In this document: positions 20,820 to 29,618 of the stretch, piece after piece
Numbering within the stretch: the stretch's first letter is position 1
Layout of the letters: every line of letters begins with the position of its first letter
Position numbers and translations under genes: made by a program
Origin: a virus
DNA: 35,199 nt
Virus record (IMG/VR): IMGVR_UViG_3300039008_000097
Span: 1-35,199 of that record
Direction: 5' to 3' (one strand)
Notes under the pieces: generated by a model
Databases searched by the model: none
What the model was told of the DNA's origin: nothing
Seen by the model: only the letters and a program-made list of their open reading frames with translations

Positions 20820-22871
20820 CTATTGCGTTTGTTGTTGGGTTCTTTCAGGGACGCGCTGAGATTCAGAAAGAACGCCAGTGGTGATTGGGGTCGATCTGGT
20901 AGCTTTTAGCTCTGGGCCAAGAGCTTTACGCAATTCCGCTTCAATCTCTTTCTTAACGCCTCTGCGCAAAATAGCTTGTATCTTGGTCGGATCCATACCC
21001 TTCACCAACAAAATGTCACCAACCTCCTCAAGTGCGCGTGTAAATGCCTCGTCACCCTTTTTCCCGGTTAATCGGCTTAGAACTCGGCCAAGAACATTAG
21101 CTGCCCCCTGTGGGCTTGAAATTGCTTCTGACGCCTCTTTGAGCGCATCAAACGCCTCATCTGCATCTGATGCCTGCTGAACGGTTGTGGAATTTGATTG
21201 TGCGGCTCTTCTGGTTTGGGTGAAATTGGCTTCACGTTTCAGGGTTTCAGCAAACCGATCAAACTCTTCTTTGGTGTCAAATAGTTGGCGTAGCTTCTTA
21301 ACGTCGCCTTTTTTACCAAAAAGCCGCCTCACAGCATCCGACGTGGTTTGCGTATCATCAATTTTATCTAAAATTGCCTGTTTTGCGCCGAGCTTAAACA
21401 TTTTACGCTCACTTTGGCCAAGAGTGCTTACATAAGAATCCACATCCCTTGGCTTCATTCGCAAGAACAGCGATCCTTTATCTGCGGCACTCTCAAGAGC
21501 AGCCTTCCCCGCATAAAGATCGCGAGCCTGCGCATACTCTGGGATGGCCTGGTCTGCCTCGGAAACCATCTGATTTTTCAGAGTAATCAGAGATCGGGCC
21601 TTATTGTTTTCACCTTTCCGAATTGCCCCCCCTATCTGATCGTCTAACTGGCGCTTTGTGGCATCTATTACATCAATATTAGTGACTTCCTCGCCAGACA
21701 GTCTTTTTGCCGCCAGCTCAATCTTTTCAGCCTTTTTGCGAGCATTGCCGATAGGGTTTTTACCTTCCAGCATATTGCGAAGTCGGTCAGAAACCCGCAT
21801 TGATTGTGATTTTGCTTGCGAATACAGCTCTTTGATTCTGGGCTTTAGAACGCGATCAAGGCGTGCGATTTCATCATCCACAGTCAAGCTAGATGTACCT
21901 GTTGCATCATCTACCGCAGAGAGAACCCTCTCTCCCTGTGTGGCCTGGCGAGCACCCAAAACCTCAGATGCTCTACCCTCAATACGGGGAATTTTGTTGG
22001 ATGCCACACGCAGTAAACGAGCAAAGTTATTACCTATGTCTGCCGGCAAAGCATCTGGCCCAAGCTCTGCCAGCCTCTTTGCCACATCATCAGGTGACAA
22101 ACCTTCCCTAACCATTGCCTCGGCAAGAAGGGTGGCCGCGCCATCATCGCTCATGCCCTCAACGGACTTAAATAATGCCTGCATCCCCTGCTTGCCACGA
22201 TTCAACAATCCGCCTAAAGATTGCACACCCGCAACCCCTGCGGGGGCCAAAAATGCACCAACCAAAGCGCCTTCCTCGCCACCGAGCTCTCTACCAACCT
22301 CAGAACCTGCGCCAGATGCCGCAGAATAGACAACATCGCCACCGGCGGTACTACGCCCCATCTGAGAAATAATGCCCTCACCGACCGTCTGAGCCCTTGG
22401 TAGAACCTGTGGAATTTGTACCGCTGCTTGACGCATTACACTGCCTGCCGCAACACCGGGGGCAACCATTTCGCCGCCAGTCCTCACAACATCTCGTGCT
22501 AATCCAGGTTCCATAAAGTTGCCAGTGGTTCCCTCTTGAACAAAACCAACATCACCAACACCCGGGACTCTTTTTTCGCTTCCTCCCAACTCAAGAATGG
22601 CATTCATTTGGTCAACAGTGAGGAAGTCAGCAAAGTTAACTGCGCCTCTATTGATTGCTGCCATGGCCTCTAACACAACATCCGGGGTGTATTTGGCGAT
22701 TGCCCTGTCAGCCCTATCCATAAACCCAATTTGATCTTCTTCAGCCACTTCTGTTTGATTTTTAGGGTCATCTGTTCCACGTGGAACGCCGGAAGAAGAA
22801 ACCACCTCAAATCCCTCTGGCAGTCCAGTTGACGGTTTATTGACGACCTCAAAACCTTCAGGAATTGGCAT
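20820..22871 (-). CDS. Ejection / internal virion protein, 683 aa (P22 gp16 position)
   Basis: The start is placed at the ATG overlapping the upstream TAA (TAATG at 22869-22873), not at track start 22886. Helical, charged composition. Located in the ejection-gene slot. Confidence 0.7.
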   Translation of the reverse strand: MPIPEGFEVVNKPSTGLPEGFEVVSSSGVPRGTDDPKNQTEVAEEDQIGFMDRADRAIAKYTPDVVLEAMAAINRGAVNFADFLTVDQMNAILELGGSEKRVPGVGDVGFVQEGTTGNFMEPGLARDVVRTGGEMVAPGVAAGSVMRQAAVQIPQVLPRAQTVGEGIISQMGRSTAGGDVVYSAASGAGSEVGRELGGEEGALVGAFLAPAGVAGVQSLGGLLNRGKQGMQALFKSVEGMSDDGAATLLAEAMVREGLSPDDVAKRLAELGPDALPADIGNNFARLLRVASNKIPRIEGRASEVLGARQATQGERVLSAVDDATGTSSLTVDDEIARLDRVLKPRIKELYSQAKSQSMRVSDRLRNMLEGKNPIGNARKKAEKIELAAKRLSGEEVTNIDVIDATKRQLDDQIGGAIRKGENNKARSLITLKNQMVSEADQAIPEYAQARDLYAGKAALESAADKGSLFLRMKPRDVDSYVSTLGQSERKMFKLGAKQAILDKIDDTQTTSDAVRRLFGKKGDVKKLRQLFDTKEEFDRFAETLKREANFTQTRRAAQSNSTTVQQASDADEAFDALKEASEAISSPQGAANVLGRVLSRLTGKKGDEAFTRALEEVGDILLVKGMDPTKIQAILRRGVKKEIEAELRKALGPELKATRSTPITTGVLSESQRVPERTQQQTQ

Positions 22872-24139
22872 TATTGCGCCTCCCACTGACCATTACGCAT
22901 AATCATGGTTTGTCCGGTTGATGGGTTTCTGATAACTGTTCCTTCTGGGTATTCACTGGATGCGCCCGCTGGTGATGACTGCTTACCCTTCCTTTGCTCC
23001 ATCCAGCCAACAACTGTATTACCTGGCGTTCCAAGGTAAATGGCTGCAGCCTCCAGATAATCGGCCAGTTTTTCTTGTGCAGCTTTTTTCTCTATAAGCC
23101 ACTCTTTTAATTGGGGAGGGGATAGCTTTTTAGGAAGTGCGGTATCGAGGGCAAACCTCAACTCAGCTTCAGATAGAGCACCAAAGGTGGTGTTTCCAAT
23201 GACATCTAACCCAAGGCGACCTTGTAAGTTATCTAGTTTGACAGATGCGGCGCGAACACTTGGCAATTTGGAAGTTACAACGCCTGTTTCTGCACCTTGA
23301 TCCAGCAAATCAATAGCCTCATCCATATTGGCAATCGCCGTATTGACCTTTTCGAGCCGGTTAAACGCATCCAGAGATGCTTTTGCTGCCTCCTCTGCAC
23401 CTATAACACCAGCCTTAACCTTGCCCTCCAATTCATCCTGAGCCTCAAGGGTGGCGCGTTTTTTCTCGCCAGCAGCTAATCTCAGGTTTTTGACCTTCTC
23501 CGATCTTGCTGCCTTAACAGCATCGGCGGCAGCTTTTCCTGTCACCCTCTCTCCAGTTGATGAGTAAACCACAGGACCCTGGCTAGTAGACTGAATAATA
23601 GTCCCATCTTCCAGTATCTCTTGTGCACCTACCTTCAGATCAGAGCCTTGGGAGTCGGTCAAGAAAGAATCTCTATACTCTTTCCACGCTTGAGGGTCAT
23701 ACAATGCCAAGACCTTCTGAGCTTCGTCTATCGCTGCCCGTGGGTCTTGTTGGGCCTGCCGAGCAAGCTCCATGGTTCCAGATGGGTCGCCCCCCTCTGA
23801 TGCAACCATTTCGGCCCTACTAACGAGCTCATTAACTGGGTTTGCGCCGTTAATCAGGATGTTTTTGGCCGCTTCAATAGCATTTCGCTTGGTTGCTTCT
23901 GACCGAAAGCCTATAGCTTTATCCATCACCTCAGCCATTTGAGGGTTGCGCATAGCAAAATCTGCAATGGCATCTGGGTCGTCACCTTGTAGGATTTCAG
24001 CACCTTCGGCTAAAATAGCGTTCTGCTGGCTGATTCTTTCCTGCTCAGCCTCTCTTTTCTTCCTGGCACCAAGCGCTTGATATATGCCGCCTAAACCGGC
24101 GGACAAGTCAGCTGGCTGTATGTAAAATTGATTAGGCAT
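22871..24139 (-). CDS. Ejection / internal virion protein, 422 aa (P22 gp20 position)
   Basis: ORF track. Translationally coupled on both sides. Ala/Glu-rich helical protein. Confidence 0.65.
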   Translation of the reverse strand: MPNQFYIQPADLSAGLGGIYQALGARKKREAEQERISQQNAILAEGAEILQGDDPDAIADFAMRNPQMAEVMDKAIGFRSEATKRNAIEAAKNILINGANPVNELVSRAEMVASEGGDPSGTMELARQAQQDPRAAIDEAQKVLALYDPQAWKEYRDSFLTDSQGSDLKVGAQEILEDGTIIQSTSQGPVVYSSTGERVTGKAAADAVKAARSEKVKNLRLAAGEKKRATLEAQDELEGKVKAGVIGAEEAAKASLDAFNRLEKVNTAIANMDEAIDLLDQGAETGVVTSKLPSVRAASVKLDNLQGRLGLDVIGNTTFGALSEAELRFALDTALPKKLSPPQLKEWLIEKKAAQEKLADYLEAAAIYLGTPGNTVVGWMEQRKGKQSSPAGASSEYPEGTVIRNPSTGQTMIMRNGQWEAQ

Positions 24140-24765
24140 CAGAAAACCCCTAAGTTAAGCCCACCAGTAATAGCGCCTGTTATCGCATTCCCCACACCTT
24201 GAATACCCTGCTGTCTAGCCTGACCCGCAGCAACCTGTCCCGCACCCAGAGTCTGTCCAATCCCAGCGGTTTGCGCGGCAATCTGGTTGGCATTAGATGG
24301 TAGATTGGCAAGTCCGGTTAATCCCGATAGCTGCTGATTGTAGGACTCTAGGAGCGCCTGGTTTCTTAATCTAGTTTCATAATCAGCAAGCGCATAGCTT
24401 GTGTTTCCAGACCTAAGCCCACCCGTAGCAGAAGCATTTCGCAAAATAGCCTCTTCACCTTGCTCAAGGTTTCCAAGAATGGCTCCATATAGAGGTGACT
24501 CCATAGCTCTATCTATCAACTCCTGTTGATTCCCTTCACCACCCTCTAATCCGTACAACCCTCCAAGCTGGGTTAGTGCCCCCTCTCTAAATTGTTGAGG
24601 AATAGCCTCACGCTCTTTCAGGTACTCCAGCGCCTCGCGCTGATAACCGGCTTGCGTTTCAGCGGCGTCCCTCGATGCTCTGGCAGCCTTACTCCCGCTA
24701 TATGCTGAAGCTCCGGCCCCAACTACTGCACTACCTATGAGCGCCGCTGTAGTCCCAATAGCCAT
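24139..24765 (-). CDS. Gly/Ala-rich internal virion protein with N-terminal hydrophobic segment, 208 aa (P22 gp7/gp14 position)
   Basis: ORF track. N-terminus MAIGTTAALIGSAVVGAGASAY and a Gly/Gln-rich C-terminus. Confidence 0.6.
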   Translation of the reverse strand: MAIGTTAALIGSAVVGAGASAYSGSKAARASRDAAETQAGYQREALEYLKEREAIPQQFREGALTQLGGLYGLEGGEGNQQELIDRAMESPLYGAILGNLEQGEEAILRNASATGGLRSGNTSYALADYETRLRNQALLESYNQQLSGLTGLANLPSNANQIAAQTAGIGQTLGAGQVAAGQARQQGIQGVGNAITGAITGGLNLGVF

Positions 24766-25199
24766 TACAAATACCTCATAAATGTTCTTTCTCTCGGCTT
24801 GTAGCCTTTTTTTCGATACAAGGACTCAACGCCATCACCATTTAACTCATCAAGGCAAAGCATCATCATTGATTTTGCACCAAGCTCTTTGGCTCTGGAT
24901 TCAGCGGCTTCCATGAGTCTTATACCCAATCCACTTCCCCTACTGTCCTCATCAACCCACCAAAACGCCTCTTGGGCAACCTTTACACTGGAATCCATAA
25001 ATAGAGGATAAACCATAAAACCGATCATTCCGCTTTTTCCGTCAGTAAGCAAACAGCCCGCTTCACGCAATAAATCAAATGTTTTGGTTGTTGTTTCCTC
25101 GCAGTAGCCGCAAATATCGGTATACCCACTGGCTTTCTGGAATGAGGCTCCCATGCGATGCAAAACAGGGTAGTCATCAACAACGGCATCTCGTATCAC
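24765..25199 (-). CDS. GNAT-family N-acetyltransferase
   Basis: 144 aa. Acetyl-CoA-binding signature DSRGSGLGIRLMEAAESRAKELGA (R/Q-x-x-G-x-G/A). Typical GNAT length and C-terminal YRKKGY motif. Confidence 0.8.
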   Translation of the reverse strand: MIRDAVVDDYPVLHRMGASFQKASGYTDICGYCEETTTKTFDLLREAGCLLTDGKSGMIGFMVYPLFMDSSVKVAQEAFWWVDEDSRGSGLGIRLMEAAESRAKELGAKSMMMLCLDELNGDGVESLYRKKGYKPRERTFMRYL

Positions 25200-25528
25200 T
25201 GCTCATTCCCCGTCACATAAAAGTTGAGTGAATCAGCTTCACTGCTCAATAACCGTAGTGTACCACCTGCAGGGATAACCTGGTTAATGATGGTTGGCCC
25301 ATTATCTGCTCGATCTTTCACAACAATGGTTAATGGGATGACCGAGCTCACAAGCTGACCAGCATCTGAATAGATATAAGCTCGATAATACTTACTGCTT
25401 CCTGTGTCGTTGGACGCTGTAAAAGCAACAATCTTTGTGCCATTACCATTAGATGGGGATTGATAGAAACTCTCCACTGTATAAGGAAGAGTGCTTTTTT
25501 CGTTGAATACAATCGCCCGGATAGCCAT
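25196..25528 (-). CDS. Hypothetical beta-rich protein, 110 aa
   Basis: ORF track. Overlaps the neighbouring genes by 1-4 nt. Confidence 0.65.
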   Translation of the reverse strand: MAIRAIVFNEKSTLPYTVESFYQSPSNGNGTKIVAFTASNDTGSSKYYRAYIYSDAGQLVSSVIPLTIVVKDRADNGPTIINQVIPAGGTLRLLSSEADSLNFYVTGNEQ

Positions 25529-26823
25529 TAGCCTGTGACCTCAATGCTTGACACATCAACAATAATATTTGATGTGCTGTCGTTGTTTGCGAAGATCATG
25601 CGGATGTTGTCATTTTGCGAGAGAGGTATCAAAGCACCTACCGGAACGCTGGTAGGCGACGTGTTATCCGTTATGGCGCGGGATTTGTATAGCCCCTGAT
25701 CTGATCCTGCGCCTGTCCAGTTTTTCGCTATCCTCACCTCAAGCTCATCAGATCCGCCGCCGGTTTTTTCGACCGTTGCCCTACCTATTATCTGGGCCTC
25801 AATATCCTTTTCGCCAATATAAGTAATTACCCCATCTGTCCCAACACTAAACCTGTCTTCAATGTCAGAACTCCAGCTCACACCCCCGGCCGTAGGGACG
25901 CCGATTTCGTAAAAATCACCAGTTACAGACACAGTGATTGTTTCTGCACCTCCGTCGAGGTAAACATCTGATGCGTTTCGGCTGTTTGCGATACTGGCGT
26001 TGTCTTGTATCTCCCAGCGTATATCATTAGGCAAAACATTAACTGTGGGCGTCATTCCTCCTGCGAAGAATCCGCCGTTAATCATCCCAAGGAATCCAGT
26101 GGGTACGTTACCGCTATTGGCCAAACCGCTTATTCCAACAGCCCCAACCGGGCCTTGGCAAGCGAAGTCTGTGAAATCCCAGCCACCACTCACTGATGCT
26201 CCAAGATCAATTCCAACAAACGCTGGGTCTGTGGTGACAATAAGTAATTTGAAGATGGAGGCGACAAGGCTGCTTGTTCCAGAAAAACTAATGCCATCAT
26301 TCACTCCAATAGCAGAGGACTGAATAAAGTTAACGCCGCCATATTCGTCAAAGGTGCCTATCTTCCCAAACCCCTCTATATCACAGAAGTTCAAGGCAAA
26401 TACTTGCGTGCCGCCAACGGTTTCGGTGAAATTAAAGTATTGTGCGGCGGTGTTTGTGCAAGAAAGCCCAATGCGGTCAGCGATAAAATCCACGTCCGTT
26501 CCGATAAAGGCATCGCCCGAGCCGGTGTAGGTGTGAACAATCCCCCTTTGGTTCATGCCGGTGTAAACCGTGCCATCTGCGCAGACAATAGTTTTTGATG
26601 TCGTTAGGTTATTTTGGAGCCAGTATATTTTCCCAGCCTCCAGGGTAATCGTGCTGGCGTCCTGAATGGGGAAGTCGGATTCTTGAGTGATCGCAACAAC
26701 ATTGGTTAACGTAGAACCATACAGCTCTGTAAAGTTGTCGTTCGATTTATCCATTGCATCGCGCCAGGTGTCCCCAGTGCGGTCATTTGCAGCGGCACCA
26801 ATGTTTATTATTTGTTGTGGCAT
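25528..26823 (-). CDS. Tail fibre/spike-like protein, 431 aa
   Basis: The N-terminus INIGAAANDRTGDTWRDAMDKSNDNFTELY matches the widespread IGxxANDGTGDxLRxAFxKxNxNFxEL fibre N-terminal motif as I recall it. The rest is Gly/Thr/Asn-rich beta-type sequence. Confidence 0.7.
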   Translation of the reverse strand: MPQQIINIGAAANDRTGDTWRDAMDKSNDNFTELYGSTLTNVVAITQESDFPIQDASTITLEAGKIYWLQNNLTTSKTIVCADGTVYTGMNQRGIVHTYTGSGDAFIGTDVDFIADRIGLSCTNTAAQYFNFTETVGGTQVFALNFCDIEGFGKIGTFDEYGGVNFIQSSAIGVNDGISFSGTSSLVASIFKLLIVTTDPAFVGIDLGASVSGGWDFTDFACQGPVGAVGISGLANSGNVPTGFLGMINGGFFAGGMTPTVNVLPNDIRWEIQDNASIANSRNASDVYLDGGAETITVSVTGDFYEIGVPTAGGVSWSSDIEDRFSVGTDGVITYIGEKDIEAQIIGRATVEKTGGGSDELEVRIAKNWTGAGSDQGLYKSRAITDNTSPTSVPVGALIPLSQNDNIRMIFANNDSTSNIIVDVSSIEVTG

Positions 26824-26824
26824 A

Positions 26825-27124
26825 TTAAGCCTCAGTCATATCCACAGAAAGCATCGTGGTATCTACAGTAAATCCAGTTTCGTCAGAGGTAAGGAAATTC
26901 CCACTTCCGACCTGCCTTTGTAACTTAGTGATGAACGCGAGCGCCAGTATATCACTCCCGGTGTTTTCACTTTCTACAACATCCCCAGTATCAGCCGTTA
27001 GCTCAAGATCGCGCTTCAAGGACAGATAGTCCTCAATCATGCGATCTGTCCATCCAGGATTAGCTTCTTTCACATCCCGGTAGGTCAGAAAAACCTGTTC
27101 AAATTCTGACTTGGTACTAGCCAT
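26825..27124 (-). CDS. Hypothetical acidic protein, 99 aa
   Basis: ORF track. 8-nt overlap with the gp10-like gene. Confidence 0.6.
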   Translation of the reverse strand: MASTKSEFEQVFLTYRDVKEANPGWTDRMIEDYLSLKRDLELTADTGDVVESENTGSDILALAFITKLQRQVGSGNFLTSDETGFTVDTTMLSVDMTEA

Positions 27125-28526
27125 AACTGATCCGGCAATTGGAGAATGCCAATCTTTCCCGTGAAGCGGCTCTCACCTTCACAGATGCCCAATCCCTCAC
27201 ATACCCGAGCCGATAAGCGATAAAACGCTGCATGTACTGATATTGGTTTCCATAGGTTGCCCACCACTCCTTGCCGAAGGTCACTCCATCGTAAGTCAAT
27301 GAGATAGCACAAGTAACATGTTCATCGTTTACTTGATGGCCTGGGATTATCTCTAACTCAAGTTCATCAATACTTCCCGTTTCAATATAGAAAAACGGGG
27401 TGAACAAAATAGATTCGACAATCTCCCCGTATTGAGTGCCACCAGTCTTATCTAATAAGCCGAGTCGATTATCTATGCGATCCCCATAAACCCACTCAGA
27501 TATTCTGGGATCATACACTCCATTAACACCCCTCCATCTGTCGCCAGACAGCCCGGACTGAACGATTGTCCACGCATCCCTAATGCCCCTTTCCTTGGCG
27601 ATAGTGGCGTTGTACAGCAACGTATGGCCAGGTAACTGCACCACAATAAACCTGTCTCTGTCCTCAACCCTTGTCTCAAGGATAGCGGTAGACAATTGGC
27701 TTTCGGTGTATTCAGAAATAATCTTGTCCACTTCGCGGGTGGCAATGCTTTGGTAGGTTCCCGCAGATATGACGTGCAGACTTACCGATTCTTCTCTGCC
27801 GCCGCCCAAAATATAGAATGACCCCTCCAGCTCAGTCTCGCAGTGCGTACCAACCACACCAGCCTTTACGGCCTTACCTTGGATTCTCTGAAAGGCAAAG
27901 TTCTCCGTGGCCCGGTTGATAAAATACTCAGTCGAATAACGACCAAATACAATAACCTGGTTGTCTGATGTGGTATCCACCGCAAGAGTGGGATCAGGGT
28001 CAAACTCAGCCGTAGCGAACTGTAGCGGCTCTATCTCAGACTCATTGGTTAAGTTAGTGTGGTAAACAAATTCACCATCAGTGAGAAAGTAATAGCCATC
28101 AATCCATGTTATATCAATGGGGTTACCAAGGTTTGGATCAGTAACCTGAGAAAAAGTACCGTCGTTTTGCACAAGGTACATATTCCCACCGGATACAACA
28201 GCCTGAGAATTAAACGAGTGGGTTAGTGATGCCTGAGAAGACCCTAGAACACTGCCAACTGTGGTACTTTCTCCATTTTCGTCTATTGTCACCAAGCTAT
28301 TGCCGGATACACGATAATGCCTGTTCTGGCGCTCGTTCCAATAGCCGCCTCGATCAATGCCAACAGATGACCCGAACTCAGTCAAACCAGGATGCGAAAT
28401 CAGATAACCCGCAGACCTGAGAAGTGGTTTTGACACTGCCGTAAAATTAACCGGGAGAGAATCCCGGTAATCTGTATTGTTAGCGACTTTGTCGCCCTTA
28501 ATGATAGGCAGGTCAAGGTAGGGCAT
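27117..28526 (-). CDS. P22 gp10-like tail hub / packaged-DNA stabilisation protein
   Basis: MPYLDLPIIKG....NTDYRDSLPVNFTAV.K.LL.SAGYL.S.PG parallels P22 gp10 MPIQQLPMMKG...NADYIDYLPVNMLATPKEILNSSGYLRSFPG. Size is 469 aa versus 472 aa for gp10. Confidence 0.85.
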   Translation of the reverse strand: MPYLDLPIIKGDKVANNTDYRDSLPVNFTAVSKPLLRSAGYLISHPGLTEFGSSVGIDRGGYWNERQNRHYRVSGNSLVTIDENGESTTVGSVLGSSQASLTHSFNSQAVVSGGNMYLVQNDGTFSQVTDPNLGNPIDITWIDGYYFLTDGEFVYHTNLTNESEIEPLQFATAEFDPDPTLAVDTTSDNQVIVFGRYSTEYFINRATENFAFQRIQGKAVKAGVVGTHCETELEGSFYILGGGREESVSLHVISAGTYQSIATREVDKIISEYTESQLSTAILETRVEDRDRFIVVQLPGHTLLYNATIAKERGIRDAWTIVQSGLSGDRWRGVNGVYDPRISEWVYGDRIDNRLGLLDKTGGTQYGEIVESILFTPFFYIETGSIDELELEIIPGHQVNDEHVTCAISLTYDGVTFGKEWWATYGNQYQYMQRFIAYRLGYVRDWASVKVRAASRERLAFSNCRISYG

Positions 28527-29257
28527 TAGGTCGGCTCCCTTACCTCAGTTAACTCAAAGAATATCTGGCGCTTCTCAACTCTGCCTTCAGATGTGGTGGC
28601 CTCAATAAACACCAAATAAGTCCCCGCTGAATTTTTGGAATTACCATCAGCTCTGACCCGATAGTTAATATCAGGGGACCCCAAGGACTGGGAAAGTATG
28701 GTTAACCCGCTATCGGCCTGCAGAACGTATGAGGCCAACGTCTCCCCATCATTCAAATAGGCGTCAAAGTGCTCGGTAAAGTCGTTTATATCCCCTATGT
28801 CCATCTTGTTTGTAGCGCAAGAGAGGGGAGCTTCATCTTGGGGGCGATAGTATCTGTTCCAGCGGTTGTAACGCAGTGTACTTCCAGAGCCCCTCGGTTG
28901 TCTGCGCGGGTATTGGACTTGCCTTACCTGTGCGGTCGCTGAGGATAGGTTAGACAGAGATTGACTGGCCTGTAACTGCAGGGTGGCGGGAACGGCCTTA
29001 TTAAAATCAGGAATCAACCGGACAGCAAGGTTGGTGGAAAACGCCTGCTTAAACCCTCGCTTAACATTTGTTGGAGAGTTAGGCTGCGGGTCGTCCTCAA
29101 AATTATAATTTGTGCATATATTACGAGTTGCCCACTCTGCGGCCATATCCTCTAGGCGAGAAAGGGCAACCGTTAAATCCTCTGGAGTCGGGTCTACCGT
29201 CAGCCCGGATATTCTAAGCTGGCTGTACGCATCATTGAGAATATCAATCTTGTCCAC
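28526..29257 (-). CDS. P22 gp4-like head-to-tail adaptor with an extra C-terminal domain of about 80-100 aa
   Basis: LRISGL...TPEDL...L.RLEDMAAEW and YPRRQPRGSGSTLRYNRW parallel P22 gp4 (LRKLGV...EPQSMQDAVDDLEAMMAEW ... YPSRMPTGSGNSF). 243 aa versus 166 aa in P22. Confidence 0.75.
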   Translation of the reverse strand: MDKIDILNDAYSQLRISGLTVDPTPEDLTVALSRLEDMAAEWATRNICTNYNFEDDPQPNSPTNVKRGFKQAFSTNLAVRLIPDFNKAVPATLQLQASQSLSNLSSATAQVRQVQYPRRQPRGSGSTLRYNRWNRYYRPQDEAPLSCATNKMDIGDINDFTEHFDAYLNDGETLASYVLQADSGLTILSQSLGSPDINYRVRADGNSKNSAGTYLVFIEATTSEGRVEKRQIFFELTEVREPT

Positions 29258-29543
29258 GTTCGGTCAGCTCCACTATAAGTTTGGCTATTCGACGTGTTTT
29301 ATAATCTTCGATTCCAGCCTCTTTGGCAATCGCTCTAACCTCTTTATTGCTCAAGGCACTAAAATCCACACCACTGGTCGATTCATCCGTTTCCGAGGCG
29401 TTTGTCTGATAAAGCTCTGACGGGTCTTTCACATACCCATTTTGCAGGTAGTGATCCATGGATTGTGGGCGACAGTTGATAATTGAGCACTTAACGCCCC
29501 GAACCTCTACTTCATCGCCTTCTTTGTATAGCTGAATGGCCAT
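29244..29543 (-). CDS. Hypothetical 99-aa protein with a C-terminal HeH/SAP-like motif
   Basis: ORF track. LSNKEVRAIAKEAGIEDYKTRRIAKLI resembles helix-extension-helix motifs. Confidence 0.6.
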   Translation of the reverse strand: MAIQLYKEGDEVEVRGVKCSIINCRPQSMDHYLQNGYVKDPSELYQTNASETDESTSGVDFSALSNKEVRAIAKEAGIEDYKTRRIAKLIVELTERGQD

Positions 29544-29552
29544 AGAAACCTC

Positions 29553-29582
29553 AAAAAAAGAGGGAGGTTTTTACGCTCCCTC
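29553..29582 (-). terminator. Rho-independent terminator downstream of the coat gene
   Basis: The minus strand reads GAGGGAG-CGTAAAAAC-CTCCCTC followed by TTTTTTT. A further G/C hairpin (CCCCC-ATA-GGGGG, 29606-29618) sits directly after the coat stop codon. Confidence 0.7.
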
Positions 29583-29618
29583 AAGGGGTCGGGGGTGTGT
29601 TACCACCCCCTATGGGGG

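Noticed and set aside
20878-22403. Long plus-strand ORFs inside the ejection-protein gene (for example 21658..22329, 223 aa)
   Set aside because: They are Ser/Ala/Arg-rich antisense translations of a high-confidence minus-strand gene, with no RBS. The same reasoning applies to 29595..30059, 31600..31953 and 32045..32374.
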